Assembly (NCBI GenBank): GCA_964016885.1
Contig: OZ024740.1
Span: 298,964,001 to 299,028,000, forward strand
Length of the DNA stretch: 64,000 nt
Source: Eledone cirrhosa
Lineage: Eukaryota
Direction: 5' to 3'
A program made the position numbers and the translations under genes. A model generated the notes under the pieces. It worked only from the letters and a program-made list of their open reading frames with translations, was not told the DNA's origin and did no database searches. Below are positions 1 to 13,573 of this stretch, one piece after another (within the stretch, counting starts at the first letter, position 1; the number at the start of each line of letters is the position of its first letter).

Positions 1-61
1 AGTATTGTTATAATTCTGGTTCAGTATCATCATCATCATCTTCATTGTTATTATTATTATT

Positions 62-200
62 AGTATTCAAATCCTGCCGAGGTTAACTTTGCCTTTCATC
101 CTTACAGGGTCAATAAAATAAAGTACCAGTCACACACTGCGGTCAATTTAAGCAACTTTCCTTTCCCCCCAAATTTCTGGCCTTGTGCCTATAAGTAGAA
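62..200 (+). mobile_element. tRNA-derived SINE (family A, Nin/Deu-like central domain), partial
   Basis: B-box-like TTCAAATCC followed by GCCTTTCATCCTTACAGGGTCAATAAAATAAAGTACCAG; repeated more than 10 times in the window. Confidence 0.75.
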
Positions 201-204
201 ATCA

Positions 205-310
205 TTGCCGAGGTTAACTTTGCCTTTCATCCGTACAGGGTCGATAAAATAAAGTACCAGTAATGCACTGGGTAATTGCTGGCCTTGTGCCAAAAGTAGA
301 AACAATTATT
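205..310 (+). mobile_element. SINE family A, 5'-truncated
   Basis: GCCGAGGTTAACTTTGCCTTTCATCC...GGCCTTGTGCCAAAAGTAGAAACAATTATT matches the other copies. Confidence 0.75.
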
Positions 311-316
311 ATAAGG

Positions 317-540
317 GCAGTAGATTAGCAGTATCGGTAGACCATTGGACAAAATGCTTTACAGCATAGAGATACAGCCCTTTATGTTCTGAGTTCTAAT
401 CTTGCCAAGGTGAGCTTTGCATTTCATCCTTATAGGGTCGATAATATAATGTATCAGTCATGCACTGTAGTCGATTTAAGTAACTTTCCCCTCCTCTAAA
501 ATTGCTGACGTTGTGCCTAAATCAGAAACCTTTATTATTA
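317..540 (+). mobile_element. SINE family A, older near full-length copy
   Basis: GGCAGTAGATTAGCAGTATCGGTAGA head, GAGTTCTAATC B box, same core and (ATT)n tail. Confidence 0.7.
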
Positions 541-1424
541 TTATAGGGTAGTAGATTGTCAGAATTGTTAGCTTGTTAGCAGCATTTAGTTACAGCCCTT
601 TCCATTTTTATTTGAAATCCTACTGAAATCAACTTTTCCTTTTATCTTCCGGATGTCCATAAAGTACCAGGCAGGTTCTGGAGTCAATATAATTGATTTT
701 CCCTTCCCCCAAATGAATGAAAGACCACAGGATACAAAAGGGTTGAAATGATTTATACCAATAAGAAGTTGACAGGAGCATGGCCAAGAAAGAAAGTGTC
801 TGATATCAATGCATTCAACTTTGTCTACTGTATTTTTTTTTTTTTTTTTTTCCAAAGCCACCAGACAGAGAAAAATGTCTGCCCATTCTGATTAAAAGAA
901 GTTGGCATAGCAATCGATTTAGCTAATACTGTTTGATATATCTCTGCAAGTTACCAATATTTGAACAGTCAACAAGTACTTGCTGAACAGTTTTGTCACC
1001 TAGTGTTATTAATAATCTTCATTGTCTATTGCCAACTCTACCTTAATAAAAAAAGATTTATGTTCAAATATGTACCAGCTATCATCATCCCATCTTTTTT
1101 AAATGTAGTTTAACTGGGTTTTATTGTCCAATGTGTCCCTTTATTAAGATAGAAGCCTGTGTATTTCAAATGAAATTTGGCTACTATTTCTAGCTTGTCA
1201 AGCAAACATGTAGATGCTCTCTCATTGGCCTGTACAAATATTGATTTCTAACATAACTAGACAACCACAAATTGTGAGAGAGGGAATGTAGCCAATTAAA
1301 TTGACCCACTATTATTTCATGAATAATATTAATAATGAATTCTTTCCCAAGGCCACAAATTTGTTTGGACAGGTAATATAGTTGATTGATTTTTCTTCTA
1401 TATATTACTGGTATTTATTTTATA

Positions 1425-1690
1425 GGTGCAGGCATGGCTGTGTATTAAGAAATTCACATCACAATCACATAGTTTTGGGTTCAGTATGACCAAAGCCTTG
1501 TAAGAGAATTTCAAAGATGGAAATAGTAAGAAATCTGTTGTGGGTATATATAAATGTGTAAATGTAGTTGGTGTTAGGAAGGGCATCTAGCTGTAAAAGA
1601 CCTGCCAGAGACACTTCCTGCATCAAATGGAACAAAACTGGAACAAATCCATGCTAGCATAGAAGATGGACGTTAAACGACGATGATGAT
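1425..1690 (+). mobile_element. SINE with RTE-derived 3' tail
   Basis: tRNA-like head, then GTTGGTGTTAGGAAGGGCATC...CCATGCTAGCAT...GGACGTTAAACGACGATGATGAT, matching the 3' UTR end of the RTE LINEs. Confidence 0.65.
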
Positions 1691-3650
1691 ATATATATAT
1701 TGAGGTTAAATAGTGAGTCTTGTTACTCTGGAGTTTCACTTGTTTTGAATACTCTTTTCTCTCAGCTGTCAACCACATACGGATATATATATATATAGGG
1801 AGAGAGAAAGAGGGAGAGATATAGATAGATGGATAATAGACAAAGACATCATAAAAAGACAGGAGTAAATGGTTAAAACAGAATTCAAAGAAAAAAAAAA
1901 AGAAAAAAAGAAGAAATCATATTGTTAACAAAATATGTGCATATTTATATGAACAATGTGTCAGCAGTGGAAATATGATTGTCTAAGAGAAGGAGTATGG
2001 ATCTGATGTTTCAGGTTAAACTCTTTATCAAAGTAAAGTAAGAAAAGAATAAGAAATAAGAAAAAGTGTTAGAATGATACCAAATTGATGAGCAGATGTA
2101 TGTATGTACTTATGTATGTACGTATGTATGTACGTATGTATGTACAACATTGTTAAAAAAAAACAGCGGTTACAGTTGTTTATGTCCTCCATAAACAATA
2201 TATTCTTCATATGTGTGTGTGTTTTTCCTCTGGTTTTATTTGCATTTGCCGTTATATAGTACTATAAATACAGTAAATGGTACCAATTTATCAAGACACT
2301 TTCTTTATAAACCATCGTCAACTTAATAACGTCTTAGTTAACTCAATTACATCTTCGTCAACATCCAAAACATAAACATACACATACCGACCATAATTAA
2401 ATATGGAATGATACGCGGTCAGAAGGCGTTTCCCCGGGGGACGACAAGGGAGACGCAGTTTTACAAATAGTAGTATTATACAAAACATACTTAAAATAAA
2501 ATGTGTTGGCATCAGAAAGGGCATCCAACAGTAAAAAATGTTCCTCAAAAAGTCTCTGCCTAACCTATGCAAACAGAAAAAGCATGAACATAAAAACAAC
2601 AATAATGATGATGGTAATAGAAAGCTGCATTTTTTTTTTTTTTTTTTTTTTTTCTGTATTTCTTGATTCAAATCCTGCTGGGGTTCACTTTGCATTTCAT
2701 CAATCTGGAGTTGATAAAATACAAAGGAGAGGGGGGTGTTGAACCAATCTAGTATTGCCTCATATGCAAGGTGTACCAATGGAATTCAAGAAATAACTGT
2801 ACCCAGCATATAAAGAGTTGATTCAGTTGACTCCATCCTATCCTTATAAATTCATAGGTTTGTCATGATAAACAACTCTTAATTTTCCACTGAACTGACA
2901 TAGACTTTAGATCAACAGATAGAATACCTTATAGCATTTGTTCCTGATCTTTGTAATCTGCACTGAGTTCAAATCCTGCCATGGTCACTTTTGGGATGCT
3001 CTAACAATTTTGAGTTGGTAAATTAAGTAACAGTCCATCACAATGTATTGTCAAAATTGTTAGTGTCCAAAAAGATGCTTTGTGATATCTGTTCTGGCTC
3101 TTTGTATTTAAAGTTCAAATTCTCCATCTTACTGGAGATATAAAAAAAGAGGACCACCTAGAAAATCAGGTTTGAGTTCATTAGAGTTCTATGTAATTTA
3201 GAGAGTGCAGTACAATTGTTATCTTTATGCTAGAGTCTATTGCTTGGTTTTTAGGCAGTAGATGGCAGAAACAGTTGAGTATTGGACTAAAAACCTTAAC
3301 TTGTTTAGCAACATCCTTTTACATCTTGCTCAAATCCTATCAGAGTGTAAATTGATTTGTCTCCTCACAAAATAAATACTTGTAATGTGCTGCTATTGAC
3401 TCAATCAACCATATCTCTTTTCTACAAGTGTGTGGCTTGTGCCAATATAAGAAATCATTATGTTTTGGTTGCTGTGATAGTGATTATATTCTTTATATTA
3501 TTATTCATATCTATTTGCTAAGCGAACCATTTATTTTAGAATAAGATAAGTGTGTATGTTGCCAGGATAGGTAACCTCTGATATTCTCGACTATCTTCAT
3601 ACTGCAGAAACTTATCTTGTTTTAAGAAATTTTATCAAATGTTTTTTTTC

Positions 3651-3682
<32 letters not shown>

Positions 3683-4076
3683 TATAACTAGTTTGGTTTG
3701 ATTCCATATTTTTCTTATTTGTCATATATTTCATGATCATATTGATAAAAGAAAATACTAAATGGTATTCATTGAAAAAATGTTTTTTTTTTTTAAAATA
3801 AAATATTGAAAAACCATATTGATGTCTGTTATTCAATTATGCTATTCCTGCTTCTATAAAAAATGCTAAACATTGCCTGTCAATGACATATGGGCACTAA
3901 ATGGGGGAGATTTACAAATGCTGGAGAGAAGAGATCAGTGTAATCAGTTTGATTTGTAATACCTTGTATAAATGGTGAAGCACATGCACACATATACACA
4001 CACCTCATTACATCTTTCAATTTAACTTTATGTAATACTCACAGAATTTCAATTCTCAACAGTAAGCTAAAATAAT

Positions 4077-4250
4077 TGTTTCTACTTTTGGCACAAGGCC
4101 AGCAATTAACCAGTACATTACTGGTACTTTATTTTATTGACCCCGTAAGGATGAAAGGAAAAGTTAAAATCGGCGGGATTTGAACTCAGATCATAAAGGG
4201 ATGTAACTATGCTGGAAAGCATGTTCGACCCCCTACCGATACTGCCATCT
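4077..4250 (-). mobile_element. SINE family A with 15-bp target site duplication
   Basis: Reverse complement of family A; TSD GTAAGCTAAAATAAT at 4062-4076 and 4251-4265. Confidence 0.85.
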
Positions 4251-4669
4251 GTAAGCTAAAATAATGTTATCTAATTTTGTTTTTTACTTTTTTGGTTTCA
4301 CATTTTGCTTCTAAATGATTTTATCATGTTACTAAAATAGGATAAAAAAACAAAGTTTTGTAAATAATGTAATATTTTTGTAAATATACTATCTATAATT
4401 TTTAATTTAATTTTTATAACCATCATTAAACTATTCAGTGGATGAGTAAAAAGCTGTCATATTTTATGGCTCAAATATCTATGTGCTTATATATCATTGT
4501 GAAACAACTTTTGGCAAGTGGCATGTACTATCCCATTTATAAATTTTGATCTCAACCTTTTGACCGATATTAAAGTGTAATATTTTACTATTAAATACAA
4601 AGTTTGAAGTCATTAAGGGATTAATCAATTGTTTAAAAAAACTGCCATTTTTCATGACATGAGTCTAAA

Positions 4670-4926
4670 GTCTGTCTTAAGCCAGAAGGCTTGTTAGGAT
4701 GGTTCCATGTCTTGAAGTGACTGAGAGTGCAAGATTCCTCCCTGGACAGAATGCCAGTCCATCACAAGATTAAACCCCAGCTATTGCTGATACTCATTTT
4801 CAGCTGAGTATACTGGAGCAACATGTAATGAAGTGTTTAGCTCAAGAACACAACCCAGCCCAGGAATCAAACCCATGACATTATGATTGTAAGCCCAACA
4901 CCCTTACCACTAGGCCATGCACTTCC
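4670..4926 (-). mobile_element. tRNA-derived SINE family B (CORE-like region)
   Basis: Minus strand GCATGGCCTAGTGGTAAGGGTG...GGTTTGATTCCTGG...GTGTTCTTGAGCTAAACACTT...GCTCCAGT..ACTCAGCTG; related copies near 14320, 16160, 28245, 30060 and 52375. Confidence 0.65.
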
Positions 4927-5438
4927 ATGACATGAGTACACTAATGAAAATATAATAACAATTTACCTCAGAGCACTATTAAATTCCTAATTTTTAAACT
5001 GGTAAAGCCCTTTCTATGTATAAAACATTATACATAAGTGCCTCAACAAAAAGCTCCCAGTCCACCCTGTAAAGTGGTTGTGCTGAAACACCCTGTAAAG
5101 TAGTTGTAATTTTGCTATGCCAAAAAGCACACAGTCCCTGTTGTAATGTGGTATTGTTGGTGCCAGAAAAAAGCTCCCAGAATATGTTGTAATGATTTCA
5201 GCTGACTCAGCTATTCTCGTAACGTGACAACCCCTGTAAGGCATAGAAAATAAACGTTAAATGGTGATAATTATAATGATGAAGAGGATGTGTGTATAGC
5301 ATATTCCATACTTGTTCATAAGATTCAATCACCAAGCAGCAACAAAGAATAGTATAGAAACAGCCTTATTAAATTATCACAAACAACTTAGAATATCTCT
5401 GAGCTGTATGTAAAAGATTGTTCTATGTTCACGACTCT

Positions 5439-5495
5439 TTACTCTACTGATGAGTTTGAGTTAACAATTGAAGCATAGTGCTGTATCTGGAGTAA
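5439..5495 (+). ncRNA. Degenerate type I hammerhead ribozyme
   Basis: TTACTCTA-CTGATGA-...-GAAG(C)ATAGTGCTGT-ATC-TGGAGTAA; 8-bp stem I is present but GAAA and stem II/III are mutated. Confidence 0.45.
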
Positions 5496-5613
5496 ATTGG
5501 GAATTGTTTTAATGCTATATCCATACATTCGTGTATTTTGCATGCATGTGTGTGTGTATGTGTGTATATATACACATGCAAACGGTAAAGAGAAATAACA
5601 AGAATAACAAAAC

Positions 5614-5886
5614 AAACAGTGATATTGTCGGGGAGAAGTGTGTCCTAAATGATGATGGTGTACTTGCCATCACTGACGCTGATAAGAAGGTAGCTTGGAA
5701 GTGTCACTACAAAAGGCTACTAAATGAGGAGAATAATTGGGAGAAAGACAGTCTCCCCCACATCGACCCAATAGAGGGACCAGCAGTGCAAGTTGAAGGT
5801 AGTATAATAAGTAAGGCGATCAAAGACATGAAGACGGGAAAGGCGGCCGGGCCTTCGGAAATAGTTGGCGAAATGCTGAAAGCATC
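5614..5886 (+). pseudogene. RTE LINE internal fragment
   Basis: Translates to [14 protein letters not shown]...[15 protein letters not shown], closely matching the RTE ORF. Confidence 0.9.
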
Positions 5887-6106
5887 GTTCACTGAATTTA
5901 AATTCGTAGAAATTTGGGACTTGACTCCTTCTTCCTCACTTTTCGTTGCTTCACCATTTTTGTTTGTTTACACTTGTGTCCCCTTTATTTATGGGTCCCA
6001 ACGACTTTTTTTAGCCGTTGCTCGCACCAACCGGAGGTATATGGTCTTTAAAGCGATGAAATACCAATGATGGTTGGAAGATCACTGATGAAGGACTAAC
6101 TTTATT

Positions 6107-6135
6107 CATATATATATATATATATATATATGTGC

Positions 6136-6220
<85 letters not shown>

Positions 6221-6294
6221 TATGTATGTATATATATATATGTATATATATATATATGTATGTATATATATATATGTATGTATATATATATATG

Positions 6295-6325
<31 letters not shown>

Positions 6326-6356
6326 GTATGTATATATATGTATATATATATATATG

Positions 6357-6403
<47 letters not shown>

Positions 6404-6404
6404 G

Positions 6405-6485
<81 letters not shown>

Positions 6486-6518
6486 ATATATATTTATATA
6501 TATATATGTATATATATG

Positions 6519-6549
<31 letters not shown>

Positions 6550-6589
6550 ATATATATTTATATATATATATGTATATATATATGTATGT

Positions 6590-6621
<32 letters not shown>

Positions 6622-6663
6622 ATATATATATATATATATATGTATGTATATATATATGTATGT

Positions 6664-6695
<32 letters not shown>

Positions 6696-6722
6696 ATATA
6701 TATATATATATATATGTATGTG

Positions 6723-6779
<57 letters not shown>

Positions 6780-6805
6780 GTATATATATATGTATGTATA
6801 TATAT
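6107..6805. repeat. (TA)n/(TATG)n microsatellite
   Basis: Direct reading. Confidence 0.97.
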
Positions 6806-9661
6806 ATCATCATCATCATCATCATCGTTTAACATCCATATTCCACGCTTGCATGGGTTTGGACGGGAGTTTTCCCACTTGAGGCAAGAGTGGTTGTCTT
6901 GCTCGCATAGGACTGTCTGGCGGGTTTTCTACGGCTGGATGCCCTTCCTAATACCAACCACATTTACAGTGTGGAACTGGGAGGTTTTTACCGTGTTACC
7001 TACACGGCCACATTACACCGTGGACTTTGTGTTTTTTTTTGTCGGGACACCTACACAACCTCATTTGCTTCGGGCTGGATGTTGTGGTACCAACATAACT
7101 TTACATTGAAAGGGGTGGTGTGGATGAGGTGGGGGTAGTGGGACGGGGGGTGTATTTTGTTAGAGGTGCCTACTGACTGTAGTAGGTTTCACTTTGTACT
7201 TAGGTAAGGCGGGTCTTCTCTATTACTGTGTAGCGCCAAAGCTCTTGGTCCAGTGACATTGTCTTGGAGAGGTGTAAGTGTGTGAGGTCGGAATTTATCA
7301 AGTTGTCCTAGGTTTTTCTGGGTCTGCCTACTCCGTGGCTACCGTCTATTTTTATTGCCCTGCACTTTTTTATACAGCTGTCGTCTTTCATGCGCATCAC
7401 GTGACCATACCAACGTAGCCTTCTCTTGAGTAAACAACATCTGATCCCTCTTATTTCTAATTTTTCCCTTAGTTCGTTTATGCTTTGCTGTTCACGTATA
7501 TTACTATTACACATCCAGCGGAGCATGCAAGCTTCGTTCCTCTCCAGTCTGCGTATATCCTCTGCACACAATGCCCAGGTCTCACTGCCATGCAACATTG
7601 TTGTTCGTATGCAGGTATCATACAGCCTGCCTTTCATTTTTAGGGAGAACCCTTTAGCGGCCAATAGTGGTATAAGCTCTCTGAACTTTTTCCATCCAGT
7701 TCTGACTCTAGCTACTGTACTTTTAGAGCACCCTCCCCCACTGCTGATTTTGTCACGCAGGTAACGGAAGCTGTCCACTATTTCTATAGAACCATCTGTG
7801 CAATGGAATGAGCTAGTATTTTGTGGGCACTTGCTGCTACTTATTGCACCAGAGCACCGGCCACATATAAAACCTATGTTCTTAGTTAGTTTACCTGTGA
7901 TCCCACTACATCTTTTATGCACCCATACTTTGCATTTGGGACATAAAATGGAGTTTCTACCTACTCCTTTCCTACACACTGAGCATGGCCATTTCCCGGA
8001 TGGGACCGGCGCCCTATTTTCCTTCCTACAAACTAGAACTTTAGTCTTAGACAGCTTAATTTTAAGGCCTTTTGATTCTGGGCCATGCTTCGATGTTTGG
8101 AATTTCTTCTCTAGTTCGGCCATTGATTCAGCTATGAGCATTAGATCATCTGCGTATAGGAGTTCCCACAGGCAGCCGGTCTTGAACTCCACTGTTATAG
8201 CCTGAAGGGCGATAATAAATAGTAGGGGGTCTAAGAACGGAGCCCTAATGAACACCAACTTTTACGCTAAACTCTTCACTATATTCGTTGTTAATTCTAA
8301 CCTTGCTAACTATTTCTTTATACATGGCTTGTATAGCTCTCACAAGCCATTCATCAACACCTAGTTTTCTAAGAGCCCACCAGATAATGGAACGGGGGAC
8401 TCTGTCGAAGGCTTTCTCCAAGTCGACAAAAGCTAAGTATAGGGGTTTACTATAAGCTAGGTACTTCTCCTGTAGTTGTCGTACAATGAAAAGAGCGTCT
8501 GTGGTACTTTTGCCTGACACAAACCCGAACTGCATTTCATCTAGATCAATTCTCTCTCTGATTAGTTGCGCTATTACTTTTTCTGTGACCTTCATAACCT
8601 GGTCGATTAATTTAATGCCTCTATAGTTACCCCTATCTAGGGCATCTCCTTTACCCTTGTAGCAGTTAATGATGATGCTGCTATGCCAGTCCTTCGGAAC
8701 GACCCCATTCTGTATGACTTGGTTTACTATCCGGGTGACCATAGTGTGTCCCACCGTTCCAGATGCTTTCAGCATTTCGGCAACTATTTCCGAAGGCCCA
8801 GCCGCCTTACCCGTCTTCATATCTTTGATTGCCTTACTTATTATACTACCTTCGACTAGCACTGCTGGTCCCTCTATTGGATCGATGTGGGGGAGACTGT
8901 CTTTCTCCCATTTATTCTCCTCATTTAGTAGCCTTTTGTAGTGACACTTCCAAGCTACCTTCTTATCAGCGTCAGTGATGGCAAGTACACCATCATCATT
9001 AAGGACACACTTCTCCCCGACAATATCACTGTTTTCCTTGACACATTGCCTAGCAATCCTGAACACCTCACGTTTTTGGTCCTCGCGTTGTAGAACATGC
9101 TTGAACTTTCTTTCCTCTGCTTCCCTTCTTGCGAAGTACACTTGTCTCCTAGCTTCCCTCCTGGCCACTTGATAGTCTTCTCTACTTCCCCCATCCCGAC
9201 ATGCTTTCCAAGCCTGCTTTTTGGCCTTGATTGACCTCTCCACCTTACTGTTCCACCACCAAGTTACTCTCCTCCTGCCTATAGGCCTGCTCCAGCCACA
9301 GGTTTCATCTGTCACCTTCAGCAGGTTAGCTTTCAGGAATTTCCACTGTTCCTCTATATTGTACGACTCTAATTGCTCTTCCTTACTATCAAAAGCATCA
9401 ACTAATATGCTTTTAAATTTATGACTGGCTGTGGGGTCCTTTAATTTCCATATTTTTCTCCTGAGGATAGTCCTCTTCTGTTGTCGAATACGTTTCGTCC
9501 TGACTATGAGGTCGCTGATTATGATCTATGTTGAGACGTGCATTCTTCATGGGGGCGGGATTTAGTATTTACAACAGACACTCTGTCACGTCTCCTGGTA
9601 AGGATATAATCTACCTGGCTTGTGTGTTCCCCCGATCTATAGGTGATCAAGTGATTGTCTC

Positions 9662-9666
<5 letters not shown>
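6806..9666 (-). mobile_element. RTE-clade LINE, 5'-truncated and disrupted
   Basis: RT ORF pieces 8245-9315 and 7308-8258 (YADD), premature TAG stops and a frameshift, (GAT)n tail; both ends in (TA)n. Confidence 0.95.
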
Positions 9667-9706
<40 letters not shown>

Positions 9707-9837
9707 GTCAGGTTTTTTTTACAAAATGAAAAATAACCGAGGTGTCCTACACGAGTGAAAGTATAAAGAAAAAAAGATGAAATCGAAAATGCAACTGGAG
9801 TCTTATTTTTTTAAAAATATATATATTTATTTGGTTC

Positions 9838-9870
9838 CTTTACCAGTTTCGCAGTTCTGCTTTTCAAAAG
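9838..9870 (-). ncRNA. Minimal hammerhead variant (U3-A8 core UUGAAAA)
   Basis: CTT-TTGAAAA-GCAGAACTGC-GAAA-CTGG-TA-AAG; homologous degenerate copy at 13655-13690 (+). Confidence 0.5.
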
Positions 9871-10247
9871 TAGAGTTGAGATGGAGGGTCTGTGGTTTTT
9901 CTCACATATATATATCTACATATATATATATACATATATATATATGGTGGCTGCCAGCTGGCTTTCGAGTACGGCCACTACTTTATATCCATGTAGGAGA
10001 ACCCCTACCGATGCACTGAACAATTGTGACTTTTTAGACCAGCCAACGACTTGAAAACTCTGGTACAAATGCTACACTTGTGACAATTATTGACACATAG
10101 TGCTGGGCCCATGGTACCATGTGATGACAAGTGCAGAGAGATCTCCAGATATAAAGCAATGCCTGTGCCGTGAAGCTTTTATAGTGAGCAAAGGCACTGC
10201 ACAATGCCAGTCCCACATGTCATATATATATATACATATATATATAC

Positions 10248-10278
<31 letters not shown>

Positions 10279-10335
10279 CATATATATATACATATATATA
10301 TATAAATATATATATACATATATATATATACATAT

Positions 10336-11195
10336 ATCATCATCATCATCAACGTTTAACGTCCGTGTTCCACGCTTGCATGGGTTTGGACGGGGGTAGT
10401 CCCACTTGAGGCAAGAGTGATTGTCTTGCTCGCATAGGACTGTCTGGCAGGTTTTCTACAGTTGGATGCCCTTCCTAACACCAACCAGATTTACAGTGTG
10501 GGTCTGGGAGGTTTTTACCGTGTTGCCTACACGGCCACATTACAGCGTGGACTGTGTGTTTTTTTGTCGTGACACCTACACGATCTCATTTGTTTCGGCC
10601 TGGATGGCGTGGCACCAACATAACTTTACATAGAACGGGGTGGTGTGGATGGGGTGGGGGTGGTGGTGGTGGACCGGGGTGTATTTTGTTAGAGATGCCT
10701 ACTGGCTGGAGTAGGTTTTACTATATATTTAGGTAAGGCGGGTCTTCTCTGTTACTGAGTACCGCCAAAGGTCTCGGTCCAGTGACATTGTCTTGGAGAG
10801 GTGTAAGTGTGTGATGTCGGAGTTTATCAGCTCGTCCCAGGTTTTTCTAGGTCTGCCTATTCCGTGACTACCGTCTATCTTTATTGCCCTGCACTTTGTT
10901 ATACAGCTATCGACTTTCATGCGCATCACATGTCCATACCAACGTAGCCTTCTCTCGAGTAAACAACATCTGATCCCTCTTATCTCTAATTTTTTCCTTA
11001 GTTCGTTTATGCTTTGCCGTTCACGTATATTACTGTTACACATCCAGCGGAGCATGCAAGCTTCGTTCCTCTCTAGTCTGCGTATATCCTCTGCACACAA
11101 TGCCCAGGTCTCACTGCCATGCAACATTGCTGTTCGTATGCAGGCATCGTACAACCTGCCTTTCATTTTTAGGGAGAACCCTTTAGCAGCTAATA
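10336..11195 (-). mobile_element. RTE LINE 3' fragment
   Basis: C-terminal ORF ([15 protein letters not shown]...EKTRLT), 3' UTR and (GAT)n tail; near-identical to the 3' end of the adjacent + copy. Confidence 0.95.
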
Positions 11196-11230
11196 TATAT
11201 ATACATATATATATATACATATATATATGT

Positions 11231-13538
11231 AAAGTTCAAGCATGTTCTACAACGCGATGACCAAAAACGTGAGGTGTTCAGGATTGCTAGGCAATGCGTC
11301 AAGGAAAACCGTGATATTGTCGGGGAGAAGTGTGTACTAAACGACGATGGCACACTTGCCATCACCGACGCTGATAAGAAGGTAGCTTGGAAGTGTCACT
11401 ATGAAAGGCTCCTAAATGAGGAGCATAATTGGGAGAAAGGCAGTCTCCCCCATATCGACCCAATAGAGGGACCAGCAGTGTTAGTCGAGGGGAGTATAAT
11501 AAGTAAGGCAATCAAGGATATGAAGACTGGTAAGGCGGCTGGGCCTTCGGAAATAGTTGCTGAGATGCTGAAGGCATCTGGCACGGTGGGACACACCATG
11601 GTCACCCGCATAGTTAACCAAGTCGTACAGAACGGGGTTGTTCCGAAGGACTGGCATAGCAGCATCATCGTTAACTGTTATAAGGGTAAAGGAGACGCCC
11701 TAGATAGGAGTAACTATAGAGGCATTAAATTAATCGACCAGGTCATGAAGGTCACGGAAAGAGTAATAGCGCAACTAATCAGAGAGAGAATTGACCTAGA
11801 TGAAATGCAGTTCGGGTTTGTGTCAGGCAAAAGTACCACAGACGCTCTTTTCATAGTACGACAACTACAGGAGAAGTACCTAGCTAAAGGTAAACCCCTC
11901 TACTTAGCTTTTGTCGACTTGGAGAAAGCCTTCGACAGAGTCCCCCGCTCCATTATCTGGTGGGCTCTTAGAAAACTAGGCGTTGACGAATGGCTTGTGA
12001 GGGCTATACAAGCCATGTATAAAGAAACAGTCAGCAAGGTTAGAATTAACAACGAATATAGTGAAGAGTTTAGCGTAAAAGTCGGCGTCCATCAGGGCTC
12101 TGTTCTCAGTCCACTACTATTTATTATTGCCCTTCAGGCTATAACAGAGGAGTTCAAGACAGGCTGCCCATGGGAACTCCTATACGCAGACGACCTGACA
12201 CTCATAGCGGAATCAATGGCCGAGCTAGAGAAGAAATTCCAAACATGGAAGCACGGCCTAGAGTCAAAAGGACTTAAAATTAACCTGGCTAAGACCAAAG
12301 TACTAGTTTGTAGGAAAGAAAACAAGGCGGCGGTCCCTTCTGGGAAATGGTCGTGCTCGGTGTGTAGGAAAGGCGTAGGTAGAAACTCCATTTTATGTGC
12401 TAAATGCAAAGTATGGGTGCATAAAAGATGTAGTGGGATCACAGGTAAGCTAACTAAGAACATAGATTTTACATGTGGCCGGTGCTCTGGTGCAATAAGT
12501 AGCAGCAAGTGCCCACAAACTACTAGCTCTTTCAATTGCGCAGAGGGTTCTATAGAAATAGTGGACAGCTTCCGTTACCTGGGCGATAAAATCAGCAGTG
12601 GGGGAGGGTGCTCTGAAAGTACTGTAGCTAGAGTCAGAACTGGTTGGAAAAAGTTCAGAGAGCTTATACCACTATTAGCTGCTAAAGGGTTCTCACTAAA
12701 AATGAAAGGCAGGTTGTACGATGCCTGCATACGAACAGCAATGCTGCATGGCGGTGAGACCTGGGCATTGTGTGCAGAGGATATACGCAGACTAGAGAGG
12801 AACGAAGCTTGCATGCTCCGCTGGATGTGTAACAGTAATATACGTGAACGGCAAAGCATAAACGAACTAAGGAATAAATTAGAGATAAGAGGGATCAGAT
12901 GTTGTTTACTCGAGAGAAGGCTACGTTGGTATGGACACGTGATGCGCATGAAAGTCGATAGCTGTATAACAAAGTGCAGGGCAATAAAGATAGACGGTAG
13001 TCACGGAATAGGCAGACCTAGAAAAACCTGGGACGAGCTGATAAACTCCGACATCACACACTTACACCTCTCCAAGACAATGTCACTGGACCGAGACCTT
13101 TGGCGGTACTCAGTAACAGAGAAGACCCGTCTTACCTAAATATATAGTAAAACCTACTCCAGCCAGTAGGCATCTCTAACAAAATACACCCCGTCCCACC
13201 ACCCCCACCCCCACCCAATCCACACCACCCCGTTCTATGTAAAGTTATGTTGGTGCCGCGCCATCGAGGCCGAAACAAATGAGATCGTGTAGGTGTCACG
13301 ACAAAAAAACACACAGTCCACGCTGTAATGTGGCCGTGTAGGCAACACGGTAAAAACCTCCCAGACCCACACTGTAAATGTGGTTGGTGTTAGGAAGGGC
13401 ATCCAACTGTAGAAAACCTGCCAGACAGTCCTATGCGAGCAAGACAATCACTCTTGCCTCAAGTGGGACTACCCCCGTCCAAACCCATGCAAGCGTGGAA
13501 CACGGACGTTAAACGTTGATGATGATGATGATGATGAT
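11231..13538 (+). mobile_element. RTE LINE, 5'-truncated, RT portion intact
   Basis: 621-aa open frame 11274-13139 with RT motifs ([30 protein letters not shown]); (GAT)n tail into (TA)n. Confidence 0.95.

Positions 13539-13573
<35 letters not shown>

Noticed and set aside
317-410. tRNA genes at SINE heads
   Set aside because: Only A/B-box-like remnants fused to the SINE body; no complete cloverleaf.
1720-2365. Possible decayed minus-strand hammerheads near 1725-1770, 2000-2035 and 2278-2365
   Set aside because: Several core or stem mismatches each; cannot be distinguished from chance by eye.
6085-6105. CTGATGA cores here and at 15186(-) and 26119(-)
   Set aside because: No properly placed stem II, GAAA and stem III could be found.
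6106-7109. Long YI/IY/HT-rich ORFs here and at 13734, 31002, 34135, 39422, 42502, 56452 and 61863
   Set aside because: Translation artefacts of TA/CA microsatellites lacking stop codons.
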